From Octopus bimaculoides (taxonomy: Eukaryota), in NCBI RefSeq assembly GCF_001194135.2, contig NC_068985.1:118961503-119002861 (forward strand): a stretch of DNA of 41,359 nt. The letters run 5' to 3'. The first letter of the stretch is position 1. Each line of letters begins with the position of its first letter. Position numbers and translations under genes: made by a program. Positions 11,372 to 23,375 of this stretch are shown piece by piece. The notes beneath the pieces were generated by a model. That model saw only the letters and a list, made by a program, of their open reading frames with translations, was not told the DNA's origin and made no database searches.

Positions 11372-12146
11372 GGTGGTGGGCTGGTAGAATTGTTACCACG
11401 TCGGAAAAATGCTTAGTAGCATTTCTTCTAGCTTCATGTTCTAAGTTCAAATGCCGCTGGGGTCAACTTTTTCTGTCATCCTTTCGAGGTAGATGAAATC
11501 ATCATCATCATCATCATCGTCCTCATCATCATCCTCATCATCATCATCGTTTAACGTCTGCTTTCCATGCTGGCATGGATTGGACAGTTTGACTAAGGAC
11601 TGCCGAGCCAGATGGCTGCACCAGGCTCCAATCTAATCTGGCAGAGTTTCTACAGCTGGATGCCCTTCCTAACGCCAACCACTCCGATAGTGTAGTGGGT
11701 GCTTTTATGTGCCACCGGCACGAGGGCCAGTCAGGTGGTACTGGCGATGGCTATGCTCAAATGGTGTTTTTCGTGTGCCACCTGCACAGGGGCCAGTCCA
11801 GCAGCATTGGTAACGACCTCGCTCAAATGTTGTTTTCCACGTGCCACTGGCACAAGTGCCAGTAAGGCGATGCTGGTAATGATTACGCTCGAATGGTGCT
11901 TTTTATGTGCCACCGGCACAAGAGACAATCAGCAGCCCTGGCAATGATCACTTCGGATGGTGCTTTAACATTCCACTGGCACAGGTGCCAGTCAGGTGGT
12001 GCTGTCATCGGCCACGTCAGTGAATTTGATTTTGATTGTGCTTTTACTTGCCTCAACAAGTCTTCGCAAGCAAGATTTAGTACCCAACAAAAGAAAGGTA
12101 CGTATAAGTAGGCTAAATATCAGTTAAACACTGGGGTCGATGTAAT
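11372..12146 (+). mobile_element. SINE family A copy (+) split by the RTE-type insertion (head 11372-11498, remainder about 12116-12146)
   Basis: Head GGTGGTGGGCTGGTAGAATTGTT..AAGTTCAAATGCC..TCATCCTTTCGAGGTAGATGAAAT; resumes as CAGTTAAACACTGGGGTCGATGTAAT. Confidence 0.6.
11499..12110 (-). mobile_element. RTE-type 3' UTR/tail with (GAT)n tail and about five 60-bp internal tandem units
   Basis: (CAT)n at 11499-11548, then GTTTAACGTCTGCTTTCCATGCT..GGATGCCCTTCCTAACGCCAACC; the units at 11705-12015 are reverse-complementary to the 3' UTR at 1050-1150. Confidence 0.75.
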
Positions 12147-13330
12147 TGTTGTTGACCTCAACGTTATCAATATCATCAGTGTCATCATCATCATCGTCAT
12201 CGTCACCACCACCACCACCACCACCACCAACAACAACATTATCATGGGATTTGAACTCAGAACCTTGAGAAGTGAAAGTAATAATGGCAAAGGAGCCGTT
12301 TTTGGACATCTACACTATGTGCTAATAGTTGTACATGTAAAACTCTTTGCTCACTACTCAAGCAACAAGATGGCTTATTACATTATATGAATATGGAAAA
12401 TTGAAAGATTTATAATAGTAGATATGGCAATGTTCTGTTGAAATAGCAATTACTATGAAATAATCTTAGATTAATTAATTATCAGATTCATTGACTGCTG
12501 AAAATCCAATATTATACACCAAGGTAACAAACAGGCTTACTGAAAATAATGAAATTAATAGCATGGCCTACTTTAAGCAGTTTCAATTAATCTATGGTAT
12601 GTGATAGGTGCTAAAAGGAGAAAAAAAAACAACAAAAGATATATGAAAACAATATCATATGCATCAGCATGCTTCATTAAATCCATACCACAACCAGAGA
12701 GTTTATTAACCAGTTTTATTGTTGAGATTATTAGTATGGAGAGAAGATACATTAGCTTCTATGCCAAGGGAAAAGAATAGGTTTACTGAGTGCTTCACTA
12801 TGCTAGTAGCAATCTTCAGAATGAAAAGAGTGTGCTATCTATTTCCCATAGATGAGTACAGTCAAACAAAAGGTTGACTGCATGAAGACTTAAATATAAT
12901 GAATTTATATATATNNNNNNNNNNNNNNNNNNNNNNNNNNNNNNNNNNNNNNNNNNNNNNNNNNNNNNNNNNNNNNNNNNNNNNNNNNNNNNNNNNNNNN
13001 NNNNNNNNNNNNNNNNNNTATATATATATATATATATATATATTCTAGCAGAGACGATATCCTCTGAGCAGTTGCCTCTATGGCATTTTGGGCAAATCTT
13101 CTTGGTTGAACCAAAGCGTTGTGAGTGAATTTGGTAGATAGAGAAATTGAAAGAAGTCTATTGTGTGTGTGTGTGTGTGTGTATACGTGCTCGATAACAG
13201 GTGAAAGTCAGTAACAAGAAAGGCATCCAACATGTAGAAAATCTGCCTCATAGAGCCTTATTTGTCCCATGCAAGCAAGGAAAGGTAGATGTTTAAGCAA
13301 CATACATACATACATACAATATATATATAT

Positions 13331-13700
13331 CATCATCATCATCATCATCATCATCATCGTTTAACGTCCGCTTTCCATGTTAGCATGGGTTGGACGATTT
13401 AACTGAAGACTGGTGAACTAGGTGGCTACACCAGGCTCCAATCTGATTTGGCACAGTTTCTATAGCTGGATGCCCTTGCTAGCACTAACCACTTTACAGA
13501 GAGTACTGGGTGCTTTTCTACAGCACTGGCATGAGTGCTTTTACATAGCACTGGCATGGGTGCTTTTTACATGGCACCAGCACCCCCAAGCCTGCAAGAT
13601 TGGGTTCACTCAGATAAAGAAGGATATAAGTGACATGTCAGTATGCAAAGAGAAGCATGGCTTTAAATAGCATGATGTCTTCTCAAGCACGGCAAAACAG
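13331..13700 (-). mobile_element. RTE-type tail element, (GAT)n-tailed
   Basis: (CAT)n followed by CGTTTAACGTCCGCTTTCCATGTTAGCATGGGTTGGACG..AGCTGGATGCCCTT. Confidence 0.7.
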
Positions 13701-13769
13701 CCAGTGGCTTTAGATCAAGGATTGGATTTTATAGCCATTTCATCCTCCTTCATGGAATGCTACATTTGT

Positions 13770-14082
<313 letters not shown>

Positions 14083-14360
14083 CCATCATTTCATTATATA
14101 TATATGGGACTATAGTTTGTAAGTAAGCGTTTCCTAATTACAGATTTTGAATGTGATGATATGTGAGAAATTCACTTGCTTTATCTAGCAGTGTGACAAC
14201 ATGTGCAGAGATTTTCCCTCAGTGGTTGAAAAGAAACTTTGTTCTTATTGTTTATTCCTTTGTCAATCAGTCAAACAAAACTATGATGAAAGGCACTCCT
14301 GTCATGACAACCTGTTGTTTGTATATCAATAGTTACATTGTTCAATAGTCACCATTAATT

Positions 14361-14480
14361 GTGGTGGTGAGCTGGCAGAATCGTTAGCACACCGGGCAAA
14401 ATTCTTAGCAGTATTTCGTCTGTCTTTATGTTTTGAGTTCAAATTCCGCCAAGGTCAACTTTGCCCTTCATCCCTTCAGG
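14361..14480 (+). mobile_element. SINE family A head, running into a gap
   Basis: GTGGTGGTGAGCTGGCAGAATCGTTAGCAC..GAGTTCAAATTCCGCCAAGGTCAACTTTGCCCTTCATCC. Confidence 0.8.
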
Positions 14481-15061
14481 NNNNNNNNNNNNNNNNNNNN
14501 NNNNNNNNNNNNNNNNNNNNNNNNNNNNNNNNNNNNNNNNNNNNNNNNNNNNNNNNNNNNNNNNNNNNNNNNNNNNNNNNNNNNNNNNNNNNNNNNNNNN
14601 NNNNNNNNNNNNNNNNNNNNNNNNNNNNNNNNNNNNNNNNNNNNNNNNNNNNNNNNNNNNNNNNNNNNNNNNNNNNNNNNNNNNNNNNNNNNNNNNNNNN
14701 NNNNNNNNNNNNNNNNNNNNNNNNNNNNNNNNNNNNNNNNNNNNNNNNNNNNNNNNNNNNNNNNNNNNNNNNNNNNNNNNNNNNNNNNNNNNNNNNNNNN
14801 NNNNNNNNNNNNNNNNNNNNNNNNNNNNNNNNNNNNNNNNNNNNNNNNNNNNNNNNNNNNNNNNNNNNNNNNNNNNNNNNNNNNNNNNTTTCTTCCCATC
14901 TCTCTGTCTTACACATTCTATATCATATCTTTGGTGTAGGTGGTGGAATAACAGGCTTGTTAGTTAGTTGATTACAACATCACTGAAGTGGTAGCCTTTA
15001 AAGTGAATTTTGAATATAGGCAAGAGGGAAAGAAGGACATGTCATATTCGTATCAACACCA

Positions 15062-15063
<2 letters not shown>

Positions 15064-15139
<76 letters not shown>

Positions 15140-15147
15140 TACTATTA
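15064..15147. repeat. (ATT)n microsatellite
   Basis: Direct reading. Confidence 0.97.
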
Positions 15148-15978
15148 TGGCTGCCAAGCTGTAAGTCATGGAAATTTGAAGCTCTGTAAATTGAAATAGT
15201 GTCTGTAAGCTTTTTGGCCTTCTAAGATCTCATATTTTCATATTATTGTTACCATTGCATTTCTGAGATTGTCCAGACTGCACAGATAGTATTTTTGTGT
15301 AGAAACAACTTCTGTTTTGCAGGGGGTGCATATCAATATTTGTTTTGAATCTTAACAACTTCCAGAAAAAAAAATATTTTGCTGTTTTCATCATTCAGTT
15401 AAAGATGGCTGATAAAGAAGCCATCATAATGTTTGATAAAGGAACATATTCCTCGTGAGAGAAAACTAAGAACAAAAATATAGAATGGCCTAAACTTAAT
15501 GATGTCACTGAGGTGAATACTGGTTTGTCTCTAAGCAATGTCGCAATTTTTGGTGATGACAACAACAACAAGAACAACAGTAACAGTAGCAGCAGTGACA
15601 ACAACATCAACAACAATACTAACAAAGTGAAATTTAGAAATGTGAATATCATCATTTCCACTGCCTCCACAATGGCCTCTGCTGCAAAGCAGGTTTCTTT
15701 TGCAATTGCAGTGATAAATTTGGAGGATTTCTGCATAGATGAAGACGATCCAAAAAATGGCCAGGAAAATTGTAAAAAGGAATGGGAGAAGCGTTGCTCT
15801 AAACCCCCCATCCGATGTAACAGAAAATATCTTAAGAGGCACAGTCACATTCTGCTGCATTGCCGTTAAGTCATGCTGGGTGGAAAATGCTCCTGAGAGC
15901 AAAATGCAAAAATGCCTTGGGTGCGTGTGGGATCAAAAGACCCACATCACCTGAGGAAAGGAGTTTGGAACTATTGAG

Positions 15979-16614
15979 GTGAGATTTGGGACAGCAAAAG
16001 GAGTTAGATGTAATTCCACAACCACTTTGAGGAATGACAACTTCTTCTTAATCCCCAGCCACTGCAGTCAATGCCTTGCCAAGATTAGGGTGTTGAATGT
16101 GCCGCCCAAAATATCCATCACCTGGTTAGTGGCAGCTGTCTTGGCAGGTTTAGAAGAAGATGAAGTGATGATATTGGAGGTCAAGAAAATACCTAAGCAA
16201 AACTGGTCAGGTATAGGTATGGAACTGATCTTACAATGCAAGCAGGACCATATTGACCAGCTGCCTGATCTAATTGATCTCCTAGATGGTACTCACCTGT
16301 CAGTGTTAGTGGAAGGTAGAAAGTCCAGATGCCACATATGTGGATCTGTAAGTCACTTAAAGGCTTTCTGCTCTGAAACAAGAAAAACTAAACTCCCACT
16401 GCTGCCAACACTACAAACACCACAGACACAAAATCATGAACAAGTGCTTAAGACTCCTACACCTACACCCACACCCACTACCACACCAAGACAAAAAAAG
16501 GAGTGTACCCCAGTTGCCACAGAAAAACAAGCTTCTCCTGGATGCTCTACCTCCTGCAATAACATGGAAAAAGAACTGAATGATCAATGGATCACGGTGA
16601 CAAAAGGTGGGTAG
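15979..16614 (+). pseudogene. Largest remaining fragment of the LINE ORF1 (gag-like, CCHC zinc knuckle)
   Basis: ORF track: KIRVLNVPP...SVLVEGRKSRCHICGSVSHLKAFC followed by a Thr/Pro-rich linker. Confidence 0.8.
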
Positions 16615-17142
16615 GCGAAAGAGGAGAGTACATAGCTCTATTCCAAGAACTCAACGAAAGGATATACTGAAACCATAACTGCAACACAATTCACAACAAC
16701 ACCAGCAAAAACAACAAGAACAACAAGAACAACTTCAAGAACAGCAACATCATCAACAACAGCATAAAATCACAGAAACACAGAAACAAACAATTATGAA
16801 CCTTCAAAATCAAGAATATTTATCAGACTGTAGAAGAAATGTATCCATCAATTTCACTGTTGTAAAGACGTGCAACAGTGAGTTGATGGATTTTGTAAGT
16901 CAAAACAAAAACAAAATAGAGAGAGAAGAAAGGAAATTTGAAGATTTCATCCTCAAAACGCCAAAGGACAGATTTTCAGTTGAAATGTTGTCAGATGTTT
17001 ATAAAACTATAAGAGAAAAATTCCCATGTAGTGTGGGGATTTAAAAAACAAACAGTTGATGAAACACTGTTGGAAGGGTCTTTAAAAAAAATTTTGCTGA
17101 TAGAGAAGTGTGGAACTTCCTCTTTTTCTTTCTCTGACTAGC

Positions 17143-18691
17143 ATGACTGTGTTGAGGATGTGATGTGTGAATGCATGTGGCCTGGGATCAGCTTGGAAGC
17201 AAGGTCAGTTGTTCAATGATCTCAGGTCACTTGATTTAGATGTGGCTGCCATTAGTGAAACAAGGATCTCTGGAAAACATGCTCTAGCATCCATTTTTGA
17301 GGACTACGAGGTATTCTCATCTTGTGATCTATCAGGAGTGGGTGGATGTGTAGCAGTATTACTCCGGAAATCCTTAGATCTCCAAGTATGGGCTATCTTC
17401 CTGGAACCGGATGGTAGTGTGGTGGTTCTAAACATGAATGACAGCAAAGGTGGCACCTTTAAACTGGTAGCCGTTTATGTCCCAACAGGGGCTGGAAGGC
17501 CAGATTTCTTCAGGCATCTAAAAACATTCTTGGGAATGTCTTGCACTTTAGTGGGGGACTGAAAAGTATTTTGAATGCATGGAAAGACTGTGTGGGTTTA
17601 GTACACAGTGGAGGGGGATGTAAAAGCCTTAAAAACTTGCTCAGAAATTTCCAGCTTTCTAACAGATACTGAGTGGATTTCCCTGATGTGCCAGTGGAGC
17701 AAGCACAGCAGGTCATCCAGATCGTATTTAGATAGACTATTTGTTAGGTCAGAGGATAGGAAAAGTATAGGTTGTCTACAATTTAAAATGGTCAGCTACA
17801 CAGATCCCAAATTTGTAATATGCTCAGTTGATTTAGATAGAACCCATAGACAGGGACCCGGTTACTGGAAGTCAAAAGCATTCTTACTGGCTTGCAAAGA
17901 CTACAGGGACCAGATTAGCGAACTAGTTAAGCCTTAGTTGATGGGGCTATCATCAACAACAGGTGGTGCATTGCTCTGAAGAGGGTGATTAGAGTAGAAT
18001 TGATAGCATTTAGCAAAGATTTAGCAATAGAAAGAAATAGATTAGACCATTTCTTTGAGTTGAAACATGAAGTGTGTGTTGTCAGAGCTAAGGTCCATGC
18101 ACTAAAACACAAAGGAATTAAAGCTGTCCAATGGGTCTAAATGGTAGAGGCATGATGTCTAAACAAAACCACAGTCAAGCCTTTGGTGGATCAGGATGGA
18201 CATGTGCTATTCGGTTCCAAGCGGATCCCTGCGACTTTCCAGCAGAAGTTTGCATGGCTGTTTGGGGAGGATGATGGGCTGACAATGGTAGCAGACTTTA
18301 CTTTGTACCTGGATAGCCTACATGGTTCTCAGTAATGGATGTGAGATTCTACGAAAAGCCAATTACAGCCACTGAAATATGGGAGGCAATCAGCGATTGC
18401 ACAAGTCACAAATCACCAGGTTTGGATGGTCTGCCCTACGGATTCTATATATTTATGCCAGATTTGTTTGGCAGCCTCTTGGAAGATGTCTACAATAACT
18501 GGCAGCTAAACGGGAGAATCTCTAGTGCTGTTAGCCAGGGTGTGGTAACACTACTGAGAAAGGATGCTGACAATGGGGATGTGCTTGGGAATTTTCAGCC
18601 CAAAACTCTACTAAACACAGAGTTTAAGATTTTGGCCAAGGTATTACTGAAAAGGTCGGCGCTTGCCATCGGTAGTCTGGCCGGAAAAGAG
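17143..18691 (+). pseudogene. Disrupted LINE ORF2 (APE endonuclease and N-terminal RT)
   Basis: ORF-track fragments 17167-17562, 17608-17937 and 18335-18736 carry endonuclease and RT motifs in shifting frames. Confidence 0.88.
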
Positions 18692-19030
18692 CCAATGGTC
18701 AATTGTATCTGGGTGATATCTGTATATGTGGTATAATGAGCTGCTTTCATATTTCAAGATATCACTCTGGTAATTTCTAGTTAGAAAGGACTGGTCCTGA
18801 GCAACAATGACAAAACCCTTCAGTTTCTTGTTTGGGATCAGAGCATCACAGTCACTGATGAGTAAGGGTTTGATCTAATCAGGGTCCCTGATTCTAGTTG
18901 CGTATTTGCCATGCAGTGGCCTTTGCTCCCATTTCTCTATTGGAGGCTGGTTTGTTTGGCTATGGCTTTTAGTTGTTTTGCCTTGCCTGTAGGGGACACA
19001 TTTTCTTCAGGTACTGGTTCGTCTAGATGC
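18692..19030 (-). mobile_element. Relic of an R4/Dong-like (restriction-like endonuclease) non-LTR retrotransposon, post-RT region
   Basis: Manual minus-strand translation gives EKWEQRPLHGKY...QETEGF / VIVAQDQSFLTRNYQSDILKY...YHIY...DTIDH, matching the recalled KPLHGxY..ETEGF..AQDQSLxTRNY..CRLC..ETIDH pattern; the cysteines have decayed. Confidence 0.7.
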
Positions 19031-19054
19031 ATTTCTTGGATATATCATTATCAT

Positions 19055-19096
<42 letters not shown>

Positions 19097-19242
19097 CAGC
19101 AGCAGCAGCAGCAGTAGCAGTAGTAGTAGATATAAACAAAAGAACTGCATCTTCTGAAATAGTAATTCAGGATCTTATCTATTTGATCATTTTTCACCTT
19201 ACATAATCTTTAAGACCAATAATATATTTTCTCTTTTACTTG

Positions 19243-19290
<48 letters not shown>
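19055..19290. repeat. (AGT)n/(AGC)n at about 19055-19128 and (CT)n at about 19246-19287
   Basis: Direct reading. Confidence 0.95.
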
Positions 19291-19789
19291 CACCTTCTAC
19301 CTGCACCCACCACTACCACCAACACACACACACACACCTAACATTAGGAAAAGGTTGAAAAACAAAAAACCGAAATCAAAAGTTAAATAAGTAAATGAAT
19401 AAACAAACAAACAAACACTGACATAGACTTTTATCAACCCAATTAATCCTTAAACAGATTAGCGAGATTATATGTATGTTACTTCAATGAAAATAAGAAT
19501 TACTTTTTATTTATTTATTAATTTACTGAGAGAGATTAACTTTTATTTTCTTCCTCATGGCTAAGACAATCTTCAAGTGCAAATAACTTCCATGAAAGAT
19601 CAATGAGTAAATATGAAAGAAGTCAAGTGGAAGGTTTCGTGTTATTTTGATCCATTTGTAAATAATTTGATGAAACAACATCAGTTAAAGGTAAATTTCT
19701 AAAGTCCTAAGGGCAGTAAATCTAACTAACATCTGCTCTTTGGAGATAAGTTATGAAATGAAGTACATCAAATTTAAAGGTTTAATAAT

Positions 19790-19825
<36 letters not shown>

Positions 19826-19860
19826 TCAGGCAATTTCAGAAAAAATAATTTCAAATTAAT

Positions 19861-20195
19861 TGAAGGCAGGAAAACAGTGGTTAGGGTGTCGGGTGTACAA
19901 TTGTTAGGTTGTGAGTTCGATTCCCGGATTGGGCTGCGTGTTGTGTTCTTGAGCAAGACACTTTATTTTACGTTGCTCCAGTTAACTCAGTTGTAGAAAT
20001 GAGTTGTGACATCACTGGTGCCAAACTGTATCGGCCCCTTTTGCCTTTCCCTTGGATAACATCAATAGCATGGAGAGGAGAGGATGCATGGGCAACAACT
20101 GGCATTCCACATACAATCTTGCCCAGATTTGTGCCTTGGAGGGGAGCTTTCTTGGTGCAATCCCATTGTCATTCATGATTGAAGGGCATCTTTAC
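19861..20195 (+). mobile_element. tRNA-derived CORE-type SINE (family B)
   Basis: CAGTGGTTAGGGTG..GAGTTCGATTCCCGG head, then a CORE-like TGTGTTCTTGAGCAAGACACTTTATTTTACGTTGCTCCAG; near-complementary along its length to 26122-26459. Confidence 0.8.
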
Positions 20196-20412
20196 CCTTT
20201 ATCCCTCAAGTTACATCCTTTCATACCAAAAAAAAAAAAAAAAGGGAGCATATATTGTATGATGTGTCCAAGGTGTAGTAAATACAGTCTTGAGTCCTAG
20301 GAATCATAGGGCCAGTCACCCAGTTTTTATGGTGTATAAGTGACAGAGATCCGAATATACCCCACTGAATGAGAACCTAGCTCGTTGCAAGGTTACCCAT
20401 TTACAGCTAGGT

Positions 20413-20812
20413 TGTTGTTGTTGTTGTTGTTGTTGTTGTTGGCACTCCGTCGCTTACGACGTCGAGCGTTCCAGTTGATCCGATCAACGGAACAGCCTGC
20501 TCGTGAAATTAACATGCAAATGGCTGAACACTCCACAGACACGTGTACCCTTAACGTAGTTCTTGGGGAGATTCAGCATGACACAGTGTGACAAGGCTGA
20601 CCCTTTGAATTACAGGCACAACAGAAACAGGAAGTAACAGAAAGTTGTGGTGAAAGAGTACAGCAGGGTTCACCACCATCCCTTGCCGGAGCCTTGTGGA
20701 GCTTTAGGTGTTTTCGCTCAATAAACACTCACAACACCCAGTCTGGGAATCAAAACCGCGATCCTATGACCGTGAGTCCACTGCCCTAACCACTAGGCCA
20801 TTGCGCCTTCAC
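20413..20812 (-). mobile_element. tRNA-derived SINE (family C) with (CAA)n tail, inserted into an older CORE-type SINE (about 20330-20950); 11-bp TSD
   Basis: A-box TGGCCTAGTGG (20800-20790), degenerate B-box GGTTTTGATTCCC, tail (GTT)n on +, flanked by TACAGCTAGGT at 20402-20412 and 20813-20823. Confidence 0.85.
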
Positions 20813-21149
20813 TACAGCTAGGTAGACAGGAACAAAAGTGAAATGAAGTGTTTTGCTCAAGAATACAATGCACCACCCAGTCCAGGAATTTATATCATGA
20901 CTTGGCACTTGTGTGCACAAACCCTAACTACTTGGCCACTCACACCTTCACTCTAGATACAGAGGATCTGAAAAATTAAAGAAGAGGATAGTCATGATTA
21001 CAGGACCTTTAACTATAACACTGCTAGACTGAGGTAGATCTGGGGCTAAACTACCACAACATTTATCATATAGGCATGGGTTTTAAATTAGTAGGGAAGG
21101 AAGCATATGGTCAATACAATTGACCCTAATCATTTAGTCTGGTGCTCAA

Positions 21150-22000
21150 CAATTTCTGCTGCTGTGTGACATTCTAAGCTTTTATTATAATCTTTTATGT
21201 TGGCAGAAGGCTATGTATGTGTTAAGTTGACTTCAGTACATTAATATGAGCCTGTGGCTTTTCACATCTTATGAAAGAGATGTGTTCCATTGGTCAGGTG
21301 GCTTATCTGTTGCCAATACCTTATATATTGAAAGCTTAGCATGCAGTGGTTGATTATGCTGGACATGTGACAAGGTTGTGATAACAGCAGACCTTCTCAC
21401 TTAGTAAGTAGATACAGTTGCTCTTTGTTAGGCACATCCTTCCATAGCATGTCTCTTTGGAGCTGCAGTCCTGAATCATACAAAATCCAAAATTGGTATC
21501 TGGCATTTGGGGTGTTGTTTGGCACTTAAAGCTTCTGCTAGTGGAACTATATGACCTGAGGAACTTCCATGTTAGCTTTCCTCAATGATTAGTGGTGATG
21601 AAGAATAGAGAAATTTAGATGTCAATGAGAAGCAGTCAGATGATTTGCTCCAGTGGGCTTTCAGCCCTGGAACTAACTTCCAGAAGTTTCTCACCTGACA
21701 TTGTTACCTCTGTGTGTGTGTGGGGGGNNNNNNNNNNNNNNNNNNNNNNNNNNNNNNNNNNNNNNNNNNNNNNNNNNNNNNNNNNNNNNNNNNNNNNNNN
21801 NNGTAATGCCAATTCAGGATAAACTATAGTCATGAGAGTGCCATTAGCAAAGCCTGTCTAAGATACATTTAAAGCAACAATACTCTTCTGTATCTATTTG
21901 TTCACTGTCCAAACATTGCTGACGTTTCACTGTCCGAATATTACTGACATGTAGATTTATGTAGATCAGTTGTTGTTGCAAGTGAGATGGCTTTAGTAAT
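21150..22000 (-). mobile_element. Heavily decayed RTE-like APE endonuclease region (spans a gap)
   Basis: Patchy minus-strand peptides such as NIRT..LDSEQ and DSGLQLQRDMLWKDV.NKE..EGLLL..C resemble NVRTLLD and DFNARVGRD..WK.V.G.....NGLLLL..C. Confidence 0.4.
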
Positions 22001-22544
22001 CAGACAACTCCATCATGAAGATCACTTCCATTGCCTGGTAAGAGCAAGCAGTTTTCCTCTGTTTGGTGGCTATGATGAAAGATATTGAATAGTGTGCAAG
22101 ACTGAAAGAATTGCCAACTGAGACTGTTCTCTTTAACCTTCATTGATTTGTCCAAGTTTCACTTGGAAGAGAAGGTGAGGATAGTTGGGAAATACTACTC
22201 TTCAGTAAATTTATTAAATGATGAGTGATAGAGGTGAATATGGTTCAAGTGAATGGACCTACTCTAAACACACGCCTATGAATCAAGGAATACTGCTGGG
22301 AAAGGGTACTCATATTTGGTAGCCTGATTAATCCTGAACCTGTGGGGGTTGTTGACTGGCCCTAAGTAGTGGTCTTACTATTGAAACTTTATCATAAGTG
22401 TATATATATATATATTGTTACTATTTCATTCAATTTATATAAAATCCCTATATTTTTGTAACCTGCTTTGTAATGTCTTCTTAATTGTCATCTTTGTAAC
22501 AAAAATAAAGAAAGAATTTTGTTATTTTCTGCCTCTATAAGGTA

Positions 22545-22740
22545 TTGAGCAGGCAGAATTGTTAGCACGTCAAACAAAATGCTTTATTTCTTGTGACTCT
22601 TTACATTCTGAGTTCAAATCCTGCTGAGGTCAACTTTGCCTGTCATTCTTTTGGGGTCGATAAAATAAGTACTAGTCAAGTTCTGGGGTCAATGTAATTG
22701 ACTAATCCCCACCCTCTAAATTTGGTGGCATTCTGTCAAA
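22545..22740 (+). mobile_element. SINE family A copy
   Basis: GGCAGAATTGTTAGCAC..GAGTTCAAATCC..GAGGTCAACTTTGCCTGTCATTCTTTTGGGGTCGATAAAATAAGTAC. Confidence 0.75.
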
Positions 22741-23069
22741 ATCAGAAAGAATTATTTTGTGTCTCTATCAAATCTTCCCACATTTTTATAGAAAGTGATT
22801 CATGGTTTGGACTGTCATACAATCACAAAAAATGAATTCTACATTATGTTCCTATAACATTTCCATTTGTCTCAAGTGGACCACGACTCCTTTCACAAAT
22901 TTTCAGCTGATTCCACTTTTATATGTGGCATTGATGGAGTATTTACCAGTCTTTCACTTCAATACACAACTGGTATGTATTTTACAGGATCTAGTGGGGT
23001 AAATAGATCTCATTTTGAATTTCCAAGTGTGAATCTTCAGTTATTTGGTCAACTGAACTGCCAATCACT

Positions 23070-23375
23070 TTGACTTGGTAGTGGCTGAGTACTCCACAGA
23101 CATATATAGCTAAGGAGACCTGTATCAGTGGGATTGATAGACACATAGGTGTGACACAGTATGACAAAGCCAGAATTTGAAGTATACATACAATTCATTT
23201 GACAGGCTTCCACACAGTTTCCAACAATCCAGTTTAACTTACAAAACATTGAGGTTATATTAAAAGACTATAACTTGAGGTTATAGTAAATGACACTTAT
23301 CCAAAATGCCAATCAGTGGGATTGATCTCTGGGCCATGTGATTGAGAAGAGAACATCTCAACCATTTGGCCATAC
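23070..23375 (-). mobile_element. Old SINE-like relic sharing segments with family C; similar relics at about 24570-24810
   Basis: GTGGCTGAGTACTCCACAGAC..GTGTGACACAGTATGACAAAGC resembles 20520-20600; ends in CAACCATTTGGCCATA (A-box-like, reverse strand). Confidence 0.45.

Larger units (their letters stand above)
15672..18691 (+). mobile_element. Decayed Tx1/L1-like non-LTR retrotransposon: ORF1 plus APE endonuclease and start of RT; 3'-truncated
   Basis: ORF1 begins MASAAKQVSFAIAV (15672) and has a CX2CX4HX4C knuckle CHICGSVSHLKAFC. ORF2 from 17143 has APE motifs CVNACGL, DVAAISET, LVAVYVP, LVGD, YLDRLFV and GPGYWK, then RT-proximal KSPGLDGLP and NFQPKTLLNTEFKILAKVL. Many stops and frameshifts. 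Confidence 0.9.

Noticed and set aside
11705-12015. Regularly spaced 60-bp repeats as a CRISPR-like array
   Set aside because: Eukaryotic context, no unique spacers or cas genes; the units are part of the RTE 3' UTR.
15395-15811. Hydrophobic 138-aa minus-strand ORF resembling a membrane protein
   Set aside because: The Leu run is the antisense of an (AAC/AGC) low-complexity tract and the rest is antisense LINE ORF1.
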